A stretch of DNA of 61,037 bases, the filler included, from Chiloscyllium plagiosum (Eukaryota): assembly GCF_004010195.1 (NCBI RefSeq). It is 3 parts of one record of this genome, joined end to end, with 100 filler letters (N's around TTAATTAATTAA, not from the genome) between each part and the next. Parts side by side here need not be neighbours in the genome. Positions count along the whole stretch, not along the records: positions 1 to 24,761 come from NC_057711.1; 2 more parts are not named here. One strand, given 5' to 3'. This document shows, one piece after another, positions 1-11,610 of the stretch. Each line of letters begins with the position of its first letter. Within the stretch, counting starts at the first letter, position 1. Below the pieces are notes generated by a model. It saw only the letters and a list, made by a program, of their open reading frames with translations, was not told where the DNA came from and did not search any database. A program made the translations under genes and the position numbers.

Positions 1-592
1 CCACCACCACCCTCTGTCTTCTACCTTTGAGCCTGTTCTGTATCCAAATGGCTAGTACTCCCTGTATTCCGTGAGATCTAACCTTGCTAACCCGTCTCCC
101 ATGGGGAACCTTGTCGTACGCCTTACTGAAGTCCACATAGATCACATCTACTTCTCTTCCCTTATCAATCCTTTTTGTTACTTCTTCAAAAAACTCATTA
201 AGTTGGTGAGACATTTTTTTCCCACACACAAAGCCATGTTGACTATTCCTAATCAGTCCTTGCCTTTCCAAATACTTGCACATCCTGTCCCTCAGGATTC
301 CCTCCAACAACTTGCCCGCCACCATCATCAGGCTCACTGATCTATAGTTCCCTGGCTTGTCCTTACCACCTTTCCTAAACAGTGGCACCATGTTAGCCAA
401 CCTCCAGCACCTCACCTGTGACTATTGATGATACAAATATCTCAGTAAGAGGCCCAGCAATCACTTCTCTAACTTCCCACGGAGTTCTATTGTACACCTG
501 ATCAGGTCCTGGGGATTTATCCACTTTTATGTGGTTCAAGACATCCAGCATTTCCTCCTCTGTAATCTGGACATTTTTCAAGATGCCACCAT
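1..592 (-). mobile_element. CR1/HER1 LINE ORF2 (reverse transcriptase) fragment
   Basis: ORF 393..581 reads VLNHIKVDKSPGPDQVY...EVIAGPLTEIF; RT motifs continue to the window edge. Confidence 0.9.
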
Positions 593-599
593 CTGTTCT

Positions 600-1217
600 A
601 GGTCAGAGACTAGGAATCCTGCAGTGAGTAACTCATCTCCTGACTCCTCAAAGCCTGTCCACCATCTATAAGTCATAAGTCAGGAGTGTGATGGAATATT
701 CTCCACTTGCCTGGACGAGTGCAACCCCAATAACACTCAAGAAGCTTGACACCATCCACAACAAAGCAGCCCGCTATGTTGGCACTACACCCACAAGCAT
801 CCACTCCCTACACCATTGACGCTCAGTAGCAGCAGTGTGTACTACCTACAAGATACGTTGCAGAAATTAGCTCTAAGATCCTCAGACAGCACCTTCCAAA
901 CTCCCAATCCCCCCCTCCCCCCCCAACCCCACTTCTAGTTTACAGGACAAGGGCAGCAGATATATGGGAACACCACCTTCAAGTTCCCCTCCAAGCCACT
1001 CATTATCCTGACTTGGAAATATATCGTCGTTCCTTCACTGTCGCTGGGTAAACATCTTTGATTACCCTCCCCAATGGCATTTTGGGTCATCCTACAGCAG
1101 GTGGACTGCAGCGGTTCAAAAAGGCAGCTCACCACTACCTTCTCAATGGCAACAAGGGAGGGGCAATAAATGCTGTCCTGTCGGTATCACCCACATCTCA
1201 CAACTGAATCAAAAAAA
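600..1217 (+). mobile_element. 3' end of a second CR1/L2-type LINE family
   Basis: Translates to VTHLLTPQSLSTIYKS*VRSVMEYSPLAW...TLKKLDTIH and ends GGGCAATAAATGCT...CCCACATC...AAAAAAA. Confidence 0.85.
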
Positions 1218-1249
1218 TGAAAATACCCAAATGAAAATGATATTGTTCA

Positions 1250-2105
1250 ATGCTGTACACAGTCTTGTACACAGTCCTGTACACAGATTGTACTAGGGGA
1301 ATGTCCATGACTTACATTTAACCTTGCCAGGTGAATAGCTGGTTTGATTACGTTGACCAGATGCCAAGGAAGGTAAGTGTGATCACAATCATACAGGTCG
1401 GATGTCACTGAAAGGCAGCAATTCAGATTATTTTTGTCGGTTGCGCAGATGCATGAGAGATCCACAGAGGCCCACAAAAAGATTTCAAGACTTAGTTTTG
1501 CCAGCCTGCTTCTCTTTCACCATCCATATCTTCAGTGTTGTTCAGTGTTGAAATTAGCAAAGTAGCAAAATTTTTGTATGCTCAGTGGACCTAGTATAAA
1601 CTCATAAGCACTTGCACCACACCATTGTAAACTGAGCTGTGTGCAAAGCTGTAGGCCTCATCTGAGTCACTTGGGTGAACATTCTTATTTTGATTCCACA
1701 ATCTTCAGTGCTAAGACTGACGAAGCCTGTTTGGAAAACTACATTGTTGATAAGGTACAAATCTAACCTCTATCAAAAATGATACTTGCAGTAGTTTGGT
1801 TTGTCAATAAAAAAGTGAAGAGACTTCAAATGAAACAAAAAATGTGCCATCCAAGCAAATGCAACGAGCAGTTAAAAAATTGCCATTTTATTATGTGCAG
1901 AGACTGGTGTCAAGTAAGAAAATGCAGCAATTAACACAGCTAAATGCTCAAGCAGCAAAATGTCCAATTGTCCAAACTATTGTCTTGCCTGTATTCCACC
2001 TGTGTGGTTCATATACAGCCTTGTGGCAGTTCATGACTCCTATCGCAGTGGGCATATTGCCCTCCAATTATACACTGAGTTCCTCTCCAGCCTATAGCAG
2101 AAATC
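1250..2105 (+). pseudogene. Degenerate cadherin repeats
   Basis: QVNSWFDYVDQMPRK (about 1328-1372, LDYE-like), SSVLFSVEIS, YKLIS, AAKCPIVQTIVLPVFHLCGSYTALWQF; several stops. Confidence 0.5.
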
Positions 2106-2109
2106 CCAG

Positions 2110-2335
2110 AAGGCTAAGAGAAGAGTTGAGGAGAATTTCTTTTCATTCAGAGGTGGGAATCTGGAACTCAGTGCCTGAAAGTGTGGTTGAATCAGTAGTT
2201 CTTTTAACACTCTTCACTTTAATTGTCACGGCCTCCGTGGCTATGGACTAAAAGCTGGAAAATGAGTGTAAACAGATATTTTTTGACCAGTACAGGCACA
2301 ATGGGCCAAACAGACCTCATCCTGTGCTGTAAACA
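2110..2335 (+). mobile_element. CR1 3' terminal fragment
   Basis: LRRISF...GIWNSVPESVVE followed by the CR1 3' UTR GGGCCAAA...CCTGTGCTGTAA. Confidence 0.8.
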
Positions 2336-2344
2336 CCTGAATCT

Positions 2345-2798
2345 GTCTTGCTTTTCTCTGCTGAAGTGGAAGGCTTTTGTATAAATCTCAGATTTCCCAC
2401 TCAGAACAACCAGAATTCTCTGTAATGGCTGTCGTGGGTGTCCAAATTAATCCTACAGTTCATCTGACCTACCTTTATGTTCAACCCTACTGGATCTAAT
2501 TGGATAAGAGAAGACCTTACCTCTGTGAAAATTCAAATTTTAGTAAATTTCCCACCAGCGATGGGCTTGGACCCAGAAGTACATCTGATCCTGTTTTCTG
2601 CTCCTTCGTGAAGATTTGGCTCCTGACTCTTTTAGATAATTTCGTACATGTTGGAAAGTCCCCTGGCTATGGTACTTAGTTCAAGTAGATATTAGTATCA
2701 GAGTAAATCTGTTGATGTGCCTTTACACCATGGGAGCACCTATTAAGGAAAATATTCTAAAATTATGAAAGTAATTGTGATAGTGGGGGTAGTCTCAG
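2345..2798 (+). pseudogene. Degenerate cadherin repeats
   Basis: WKAFV*ISDFP / SEQPEFSVMAVVGVQINP / PTFMFNPTGSNWIREDL / MGAPIKE / KIMKVIVIVGVV follow EC strand order across frameshifts. Confidence 0.6.
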
Positions 2799-2907
2799 GT
2801 TAAAGTCTGGTACGGCTGGTAAATTGGGCAGAGCAATGACAGATAGAATTTAATCCTGATAAGCATGAGTTGATGCATTTTGGAAGGTCCAGTAAGGAAA
2901 GGATATA

Positions 2908-3115
2908 CAGGGTGACCGCTGTATCCGCAGGGGATACATTCCAAGGTCTATTGCAGATGCCCCAAAATGTGGATAGCAGCTTACCCATTCATTTAAATGG
3001 TAAACGTACCTCCCCGGCAACCCACTGGTCCCTGGTTCTGGAATGTTCCATGTAATATATTCAGGTCGCGGGTAAACCGCGGGTAACTGAAACCACGGAT
3101 ACAGCGGTCACCCTG
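2908..3115. mobile_element. Tc1/mariner (Tigger/MER2-like) MITE, 208 bp
   Basis: Perfect 20-bp TIRs CAGGGTGACCGCTGTATCCG; TA duplicated at 2906-2907 and 3116-3117. Confidence 0.92.
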
Positions 3116-3258
3116 TACACAATAAATGGTAGGTCCCCAGGGAGTACTGAGGAACAAAGGAACCTTGGTGTACATGTCCATAGATCCTTGAAGGTGTCAG
3201 CATAGGTAGAGAGGGGGTGAAGAAGAAGACATATGGGATTCTTGCCTTCATTAGCTAT

Positions 3259-5430
3259 GAGAAAGTGAGGACTGCAGATGCTGGAGATCAGAGCTGAAAA
3301 ATGTGTTGCTGGAAAAGCGCAGCAGGTCAGGCAGCATCCAAGGAGCAGGAGAATCGATGTTTCGGGCATAAGCCCTTCTTCAGGAATGAGGAAGGTGTGC
3401 CAAGCAGGCTAAGATAAAAGGTAGGGAGGAGGGACTTGGGGGAGGGGTGTTGGGAATGCGATAGGCCTCCATCGCCAGACCATGGCAACACGACGGCTGG
3501 AGGAAGAGTGCCTCATCTTCCGCCTAGGAACCCTCNNNNNNNNNNNNNNNNNNNNNNNNNNNNNNNNNNNNNNNNNNNNNNNNNNNNNNNNNNNNNNNNN
3601 NNNNNNNNNNNNNNNNNNNNNNNNNNNNNNNNNNNNNNNNNNNNNNNNNNNNNNNNNNNNNNNNNNNNNNNNNNNNNNNNNNNNNNNNNNNNNNNNNNNN
3701 NNNNNNNNNNNNNNNNNNNNNNNNNNNNNNNNNNNNNNNNNNNNNNNNNNNNNNNNNNNNNNNNNNNNNNNNNNNNNNNNNNNNNNNNNNNNNNNNGTTG
3801 CAGGGGAAGGTGCCGGGAGTGGAGGTTTGGTTGGTGGGGGGTGTGGACCTGTCGAGGGAGTCGCGGAGGGAGTGGTCTTTCCTGAACACTGATAGGGGTG
3901 GGGAGGGAAATATATCCTTGGTGGTGGGGTCTGTTTGGAGGTGGCGGAAATGATGAAGGATGATACAATGTATCTGGAGGTTGGTGGGTGGTAGGTGAGG
4001 ATCAGTGGGGTTCTGTCCTGGTGGCAATTGTAGGGGCGGGGTTCAAGGGCGGAGGAGTGGGAGGTGGAGGAGATGCAGTGGAGAGCATCGTCAACCACGT
4101 CTGAGGGGAAATTGTGGTCTTTGAAGAAGGAGGCCATCTGGGTTGTTCGGTATTGGAATTGGTCCTTCTCGGAGCAGATGTGGCGGAGGCGAAGGAATTG
4201 GGAATATGGGATGGCGTTTTTACAGGGGGCAGGGTGGGAGAAGGTGTAATCTAGGTAGCTGTGGGAGTTGGTCAGTTTATAATAAGTGTCCATGTTGAAT
4301 TGGTCACCCGAGATAGAAATGGAGTGGTCTAGGAAGGGGAGGGAGGAGCCTGAGACGGTCCAGGTAAATTTGAGGTCGGGTGGAAGGTGTTAGTAAAGTG
4401 GATGAACTGTTCAACCTCCTCGTAGGAGCAGGAGGTAGCGCCGATACAGTCATCGATGTAGCGGAGGAAAAGGTGGGGGGTGGTGCCAGTGTTGCTGCTG
4501 AAGATAGACTGTTCCACATATCTGATGAAGAGGCAGGTGTAGCTGGGGCCTATGCGGGTGCCCATGACTACTCCTTTGGTTTGGAGGAAGTGGGAGGATT
4601 GGAAAGAGAATTTGTTCATAGTGAGGACCAGTTCAGTCAGTCGAAGGAAGGGTACTGGTTGGTACGGCGGGAAAGGAAGAAGCGGAGTGCTTTGAGGCCT
4701 TCGTGATGGGGGATGGAGGTGTATAGGGACTGGATGTCCATGGAGAAGATAAGGCGTTGGGAGCCGGGGAAGCGAAAATCATGGAGGTGGTGGAGGGCGT
4801 GGGTGGTGTCCCGAACGTAGGTGGGGAGTTCTTGGACTAAGGGGGACAGGACCGTGTCGAGGTATGCAGAGATGAGTTCGGTGGGGCCGAAGCAGGCTGA
4901 GACAATGGGTCGACCGGGGCAGTCAGGTTTGTGGATTTTGGGCAGGAGGTAGAAACGGGCGGTGCGGGGTTGTGGGACTATGAGGTTGGAGGCGGTAGAT
5001 GGGAGATCCCCTGAAGTGATGAGGTTATGGATGGTCTGGGAGATGATGGTTTGGTGGTGGGAAGTGGGGTCATGGTCAAGGGGGTAGAAGGAGGAGGTGT
5101 CTGTGAGCTGGCATTTAGCCTCAGCAATGTAAAGATCGTTGCGCCAAACTACCACCGCGGAGGGAGTGGAGGGCTGTACGTTGCGAGGGTTGCGAGGGTG
5201 AGAGGTTGGAGTGGGTAAGAGGGGTGGACAGATTGAAGCGGTTAATGTTGCGGCGGCAGTTGGCTATGAAGAGATCGAGGGCGGGTAAGAGGCCAGCACG
5301 GGGTGTCCAGGTGGATGGGGTGTGTTGGAGGTGGGAGAAGGAGACATCAGAGGGTGGGCGAGAATCCTGGTTGAAGAAGTAGGTGCGGAGACGAAGGCAG
5401 CGGAAGAATTGTAGGGGGGTGAAGGTGAGG
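3259..5430 (-). mobile_element. Penelope-like retroelement (RT), disrupted, spanning an N-gap
   Basis: FYLLPKIHKPDCPGRPIVS, SMDIQSLYTSIPH, QTKGVVMGT, FLRYIDDC, YLDYTFSHP..CKNAIPYSQFLRLR; terminal segment carries a hammerhead motif. Confidence 0.93.
3352..3387 (-). ncRNA. Minimal hammerhead ribozyme motif (PLE type)
   Basis: Reverse complement ATTC-CTGAAGA-AGGGC TTAT GCCC-GAAAC-ATC-GATT; cleavage triplet AUC rather than GUC. Confidence 0.7.
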
Positions 5431-6495
5431 CTAGTTACGGTGTGGAATATAAGAGTAAAGAAGTCTTGGTACAACCGATAAAACCTTGGTTAGGTCACAG
5501 ATGGAATATTGTGTGCAGTTCTAGTTGGAAAGACGTGAATGAACTGGAGAGTGTGCAGAGGAGATTCACCAGGATGTTGCCAAGGATGAAAAGTCTCAGT
5601 TATGAGGAGAGACTGAATAGGCTGTATTTGTTTTCTTTGGATCAGAGGAGGCTGGTAGGGGCAGGCTAGGGTGGTAGGGGGAACATATGCTGCTTGAGAG
5701 GGTGGTGGAGACAAGTATTGTCACAACATTTAAGAAGCATCTTAATGAGTACTTAAAATGCCATAGTGTAGTAGGCTATAGACCAAGTGCAGATAAATGG
5801 GATTAGTGAAATTTGGTACTTGTTGGTTGGCACAGACATGGTGGAGCTAAGGGCATTTTTCTGTGCTCTATGGATCTCTAATCATCCCCTCTGAAAATCA
5901 GGCTTTGTTGTTCTTTCAGCCTAAGTGAAGTTACAGAGTTCACTGAAGCCGTGACACTCTACTTACAAAGATAATAATCTTTGTTTCTCTAAGTATCAAG
6001 TTACACTCTTTTAACTGTTTAATGAATTGACTCAATGAACTTGCCAAAATCACAAACTAGTGTTGTGATAGCATGTGGTAAGTTCAAATAAGAGCTAGCT
6101 TAGATGTTCTGAAAAGTTTATTAATTCAACACTATGAGCAGAAAGCCTCCCCTTTTCTTGCATTATGGCCTGACTCTGAAGATATAGTTCAGGAAGTTTA
6201 ATTTTTTAAGGGTTTCTAATTTCACTGTTAGTTCTGTAAACATTTCATGCTTATGACAAAAGTAATCAATAGCATAGTTTGTTTATTCTCACTTATTTAT
6301 GTCGACACTTGCATTATCCTTTCTCATATGATGTTGTTAATTCTATGTTGGGATAATGATTGGTGGCTTTTATTTATGTCTGATCTTTAATGATGGAAGT
6401 CTGTTGGCTATTCCACCATGTGAGCATCACAGCTGCATCGAACTGACCATTCTCTTCAAAGCCATTTGCATTATTCCAAGACAGTTGCTGACAAG

Positions 6496-6810
6496 GATGG
6501 CACGGTAGCGCAGTGGTTAGCACTGCTGCCTCACAGCACCAGGGTCCCAAGTTTGATTCCAGCCTCGGGCGACTGTCTGTGTGGAGTTTGCATATTCTCC
6601 CCGTGTCTGCGTGGGTTTCCTCTGGGTGCTCTGGTTTCCTCCCACAGTCGAAAGATGTGCGGGTCAAGTGAATTGGCCATGCTAAATTGCCCCATAATGT
6701 TAGGTGCATTAGTAAGAGGGAAATGGGTCTGGGTGGGTTACTCTTTGGAGGGTTAGTGTGGACTGCTTGGGCTGAAGGGCCTGTTTCCATACTGTAGGGA
6801 ATCTAATCTA
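6496..6810 (+). mobile_element. HE1-type tRNA-derived SINE
   Basis: A/B-box head GGCACGGTAGCGCAGTGGTTAGCAC...GTTTGATTCC, core TGTGGAGTTTGCA, CR1-like tail ending (AATCT)n. Confidence 0.92.
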
Positions 6811-6974
6811 AGGGAATGTGAAAACGTGATTGACATTCTCCTTCCTGGTGTTGGAATACTAAAGTATGTACACCTGCAGTGGGTAAGGTCGGATAACCTG
6901 ATTTTATCATCCTTGAACTTGTGTATAAAGCATTGCTGGAACGCAACTTGGAGGGAAATTAAATACAAAGAACT

Positions 6975-7090
6975 GTGGATGCTGGAATTCAGAAACAAAA
7001 GTTCTGACAAAGGGACACTGGACTCAAAATGTTAACTCTGGTTTTTCTTTCAACAGATGCTGTCTTTCTCTAACACTCTCTGTTCTTGTA
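6975..7090. mobile_element. Old PLE terminal scrap with degenerate hammerhead core
   Basis: GATGCTGGAA...TTCTGACAAAGGG...CTCAAAATGTTAACTCTG...CAGATGCTG. Confidence 0.5.
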
Positions 7091-8559
7091 TAGAAAATGG
7101 ATTTGTACATGTGATCTGCTGGACTGGTTTCAGTTATCTTGAGGGGGTGTTGGAGAGAGAACTTTACTGTTATGAGTCTATTTTTATTTGTTGCTTTCTT
7201 GCCTTTCTCAGGACATTACATCATTGATGGTTGGACAATTATGCCTAATAATGGATAAAATTAAACTTTCTGCCAGTAATTTAAATAGAGAGAAAAATCA
7301 GGTAACTCCATTAAGGTTGCAATCCTTCCTACTTCTATTTTGCTCTTTATGTTATGTTTAGATGAGTGGTTTGAAGTCTTTATCATTAAGATACGACACA
7401 TTATATTGTGAAAGTCTGTGGAAACCTGATCCTCTCTCTCTCTCTCCTTCCATCCAAGCATATTATAAAGCAAAAATGGAAACAAAATATAACAATTAAA
7501 CAAATGAATGCAAAAGCTTTCATGGTGATTTTTCACTTTTTTTTAACTTTAATTCGCATATTCATAGTCATATCATCATCATGATTAGGAAGTGATACTT
7601 AATCCAATATTGCATAATACTTATTCACTTTCAGTCTGAATCCTGAATGAGTCACCCATGTTTTATGTTCAACCTAAACTCAAAGCATAAAATTATCCAG
7701 AGGTATTTCAGCATCAAGTTCCTCTTCATCGATCTAATGTGTTTAACAATCCCCGAGTGGCTTATTGAAAACCTTCTTAGTTCTTACTTTAAGCTCTCGC
7801 TGAATAAACTGCAGTAGAGTTAGGGTTAGGTATTGGAGTTAATGCGGACTAAGAAAATAGTTACCAATTATTCAAGATTTGACATTGCTTGTAGCTTCTA
7901 AAATCTACTTTTAGTGTATAGTAGAAATGACACATTTTTGAAGATATTAATTCTATGCTGAATAAACAAGTTGATATTAGATTCCAGACATTCTTAGTTA
8001 CTCCTTCAGCTTTTGTCCTCCCATGAATATATTGATAAAAGCAGAAGTGTGGTTGGAATACTTAAATATTTTGGAAAAAGATAATCTGTGGAAATTAGTT
8101 TTTTTTGGAAAAGAATTTGGCCAGTTATAAACATGAGTCAAAAGGAAAAAAAAGATAATTACTCATATAATCAAAATTGCGTGCAGTTGTGAAAGTTGAT
8201 CATATTCAATGCTGTGTGAGGCCCCCATTCACTTTCAAAATATTTACAGAACAATATATTAAGTTGCCAATCAGCCACTGTGAGGTGTTTTGGGAGAAGG
8301 GATGGAAAGACATTCTCAACTTCCAACATGCACCACTGAATATCAACAAAGAGTGGAAGTTGACCATTTCCTGTCTCCCGAATCCAAGGAAATTCGGTTT
8401 AACTAACTTGACAACTGGGGATTTGGGATTTTCCTGGTTTGTGTGCCTGATCTGACCTGGATAAATGATCTGACCTATCAGGAAAGCAGCAAAAGAAGTG
8501 AACCAACCGTCTCTTCTAAAAAAAAAGTCATGTATCTCAAGTAGCTCATCTATCTGAAC

Positions 8560-9650
8560 TGAACTGTTGTGTAAATGTTTACAGTTGGTGTCTTTAAATG
8601 GAAGTTACAGTGTTAGCCTCTAGATTTTTCTCTGTGACAGTTTAACTTGGAATTGGGGGCTGCCAGGTAGTGTAAAATATCTTTGCTTTTAAAAAGAAGG
8701 AACACTTGGAAGGAGCAACGGCTTGACTTTGAACCGAATGGCTGCAATTTGAAGCCAGGGTACTGTATGAAACTCCGATGAATTTGTCCCAGTTGGATAT
8801 ATTTAGATTTTTAGATAAAGTATAACATTAGGAAAGCTAGAAGAAATAAAATTATTTAACTCAGGAATATATGGGTCACTTGTTGATACCAGCCATAAGG
8901 CATCTGAAGGATAAGGCTACAGTGCCCAATTAGCTAGGGCAAGGGTAAGTAACTACGTTGGCAATAATTCATTGAGAATATTTTTAAAGAAGTCATGATA
9001 TTTTTGATAAACAACATCAAAGTAAAACTTCTACTTCAGTTTTGTAACATTACAGATACGTATTATTTAGGTAATTTATAGTTGCAAAGAGATAGTTCAG
9101 TTTTGGAAAAATAAATTGAATAAAATGGGAATGCCTTGGTCTGTTGGATTAACCTGACCAGTTCCCTTTCCGCCTGAAGTATGGGCCAAAATCTTGGAAT
9201 TGCCTCCACAACAGCATTGTGGGTCAACCTACAGCACACAGGCTGCAGCAATTCGAGAAAGCAGCTCATTATCACCTTCTCAAGACCACCCATGTGCAAG
9301 CAATAAATGTTGACTCACCCAGTGATACCCACTTCCCTCAAGTGAATAATAAAAAGGTATAAATTGCTAAGATTGTTTGAAATTTCACATTCTTGCATTT
9401 GTCTGAATGAGTCTTTGCTTTGTAACATGTCTCTCTTTTTGGAACTAAAGTATTCTGTTTTTAAAGAGAAAGTTGAGGCAGCTGAGAAAGAAATTAGCTT
9501 AATGGATGGGCGAGCTGAAAATACTTTATGCTATTTCTATGATTTACGAAACGAAAACAAATACATCATATAATTTGTGAGCCAGCATTAGGAAATTACC
9601 TTTGAAAGCTATTGTTGTAAGAGATGAAGTGGTTCACTCCTGTTCTTCAG
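8560..9650 (+). pseudogene. Degenerate cadherin repeats (LINE fragment inserted at about 9185-9355)
   Basis: NGSYSVSL, GSVKYL, KEQRLDFE, KASEG*GYSAQL, RLFEISHSCICLNESL...KVEAAEKEISLMDGRAENTL, IICEPA. Confidence 0.62.
9185..9355 (+). mobile_element. 3' end of the second LINE family
   Basis: Matches 1050-1217 (ACAGCATTGTGGGT...GCAGCTCA...GCAATAAATG). Confidence 0.8.
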
Positions 9651-10009
9651 AGAAGGGAAATTACCAGCCCCAAGTGATAGTTACTAGAAAATAAAAGGAA
9701 GAGGCAGAACATGTGAGCATCATGTTGCATCAAGGAATCCTAAGAGTAGGGAAATTTAATACAAAGGGCTTTGTGTCTGGATGCACAAAGAATACAGAAT
9801 CAGATTAATGAATTAACAGCTCAAATCGAGGTGAATGGGTATGATTTGGTGGTGACTACAGAGACTGGAGAGCTCATTTGAATGTATTAGAGATTGTTTC
9901 TTGAAGCAATATGTTATGGAACAAATCTGTGAGCAGGCTATTCTGGATTTGGCATTGTGTAACAAGGTGGGATTAATTAATGATCTCAGAAAAAAGGATC
10001 CTAAAGAAT

Positions 10010-10290
10010 CTAATACCGGGGGCATGCATTTGAGGTGAGGGGGGAAAGTTCAAAGGGCAGGTATTTTACACAGATGGTGGTAGGAAACAGGAGCATGCTG
10101 CCCAGGGTGGTGGTGGAGGCAGATATGACAGGGGCATATATGGGATTTTTAGATAAGCACATGAGTACGTAAGAGATGGAGGGATATGGACCAAGGGTAT
10201 GCAGAAGGGATTAGTTTAATTTGGTGTCACATTTCGCACAACATCATGGGCTGAAGGCCTGTTCCTGTGCTGTAATGTTTTATGTTCTGT
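10010..10290 (+). mobile_element. CR1 3' fragment nested in the older CR1
   Basis: Typical ORF2 C-terminus and 3' UTR GGGCTGAAGGCCTGTTCCTGTGCTGTA. Confidence 0.8.
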
Positions 10291-10317
10291 GATCCTCTAG
10301 GAAAGTGTAATCAAAAA

Positions 10318-10960
10318 GTCGTAGAGCGCAGAAACAGGCCCTTTGGTCCAACTCATCTTTGCTGTCAGACATCCCAATCTGACCTAGTCCTATTTGGAGC
10401 TCTTGGTCCATATCCCTCTTGAACCTTTTCTATCCATATACCCATCCAGATCTTTTTTAAATGTTGTAATTGTCCCTGCCTGATTTTATAAATCTCTATA
10501 AGGTCACCACTCTGACATTTCACAGAAAACAAGCCCCAGCCTATTCAGTGTCTCCCTATAACTCAAACCCTCTAGTCCTGGCAATAGTCATGTAAATCCT
10601 TTCTAAACTCTTTCAAGTTTAATAACATCTTTCCTACAGAAGAGCGACCAGAATTGTACACAGTATTCCAGAAGTGGTCTCACCAATGTCCTGTACAGCC
10701 ACATCATGACGTCTCAAATCCTATACTCAGTGTTCTGACCAATGAAGGCAAGTGTGCTAAACACCTTCTTCATTATCCTATCTTCCTACGATGCCACTTT
10801 TAAGGAACAATGCACCTGCACCCCTAGATCTCTTTATTCAGCAACATTTCCCAGGGCCCTACCATTAACTGTATAAGTCCTGCCCTGGTTTGCCTTATGA
10901 AAATGCAACACCTCACATTTATCTAAATTAAACTCCACCTGCTACTCTTCAGTCCACTGA
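10318..10960 (-). mobile_element. HER1/CR1 3' fragment, antisense, nested
   Basis: Reverse complement of the HER1 3' end (GAAACAGGCCCTTTGGTCCAAC) and RT C-terminus. Confidence 0.88.
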
Positions 10961-11610
10961 CGGCAAGCTAGAATTTCAAATTTAATTGGAAGTCGAGACA
11001 CTGGAGTCCCACAATAACATTTTGGAGTTATAAAAGATATTTACATATGCATGAGGTCAGATACGACTGGTCAGTTAATAGTGGGAAACACAAAACTGGA
11101 ACCCAAAACTAGAATATTTTGCTTCAGTTTTCACAGTTGATGACACCAGTACCATCGCAACAGTAACAGGCAATGCAGAGGTTATAGAAAAGGAACTTAG
11201 AACAGTCATCATCACTCGGGAAAGAGTAGTCAGAAAACATTTGGAATTGAAAGCAGGCAAGTCCCCAGGGCCTGATGGCTGACATTAGAGAGTCTTAAAG
11301 AAAGTGGGAGCAGAGATGGTGGATCCATTAGTTATAATATTCCACAATTTCCTGGATGCTAGAAAGGTTCCAGTGAATTAGAAAATCCTAATTTAATGTC
11401 CTTATTCAAAAAGGATAGGAGACAGAAGGTAGGAAACTACAGACCAGTTAATTTGACATGTTGGGAAATTGTTAGAATCCATTATTAAGGAAGTAATAAC
11501 AGGAAACGTTGAAAGTTAAAGCAGAATCCGTAAGAGTCAGCATGTTTTATGAAGGGCTACTCATGGTTAATTCTAATTTGCTAGAATTCTTTAAAGATGT
11601 AGCAAGCAAA

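Larger units (their letters stand above)
2800..5875 (+). mobile_element. CR1 3' part, interrupted by a MITE (2908-3115) and a PLE (3259-5430)
   Basis: HFGRSSKERIY|TINGRSPGSTEEQRNLGVHVH...ILAFISY|GVEYKSKEVL...LESVQRRFTRML rejoins once the inserts are removed. Confidence 0.88.
5890..7900 (+). pseudogene. Degenerate cadherin repeats, split by an HE1 SINE and a PLE scrap
   Basis: LSEVTEFTEAV...SYTLLTV**IDSMNLPKSQTSVVIACG; IFNDGSLLAIPPCEHHSCIELTILF; DGWTIMPNNG*/IKLSASNLNREKNQ (LDRE-like); LNESPMFYVQP. Confidence 0.65.

Noticed and set aside
1252..1290. Three copies of TGTACACAG on a 12-bp period, and the 60845-61037 repeats, as CRISPR-like arrays
   Set aside because: Simple tandem repeats in a vertebrate genome; no unique spacers and no cas genes.
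1331..1372. Neat 42-bp AG/GT exon VNSWFDYVDQMPRK
   Set aside because: Cadherin-like translation continues on both sides, so the splice sites may be coincidental inside a large exon.
3409..4293. Long ORFs running through N-gaps (also 13023-14408)
   Set aside because: Lengths are inflated by X codons; they are PLE and CR1 fragments.
6496..6570. tRNA genes at A/B-box sequences
   Set aside because: All are SINE heads followed by SINE bodies; no complete cloverleaf seen.
5920..7301. Apparent in-phase splice 6077 to 7212
   Set aside because: The intervening non-TE sequence also reads as cadherin, so exon boundaries here cannot be fixed.
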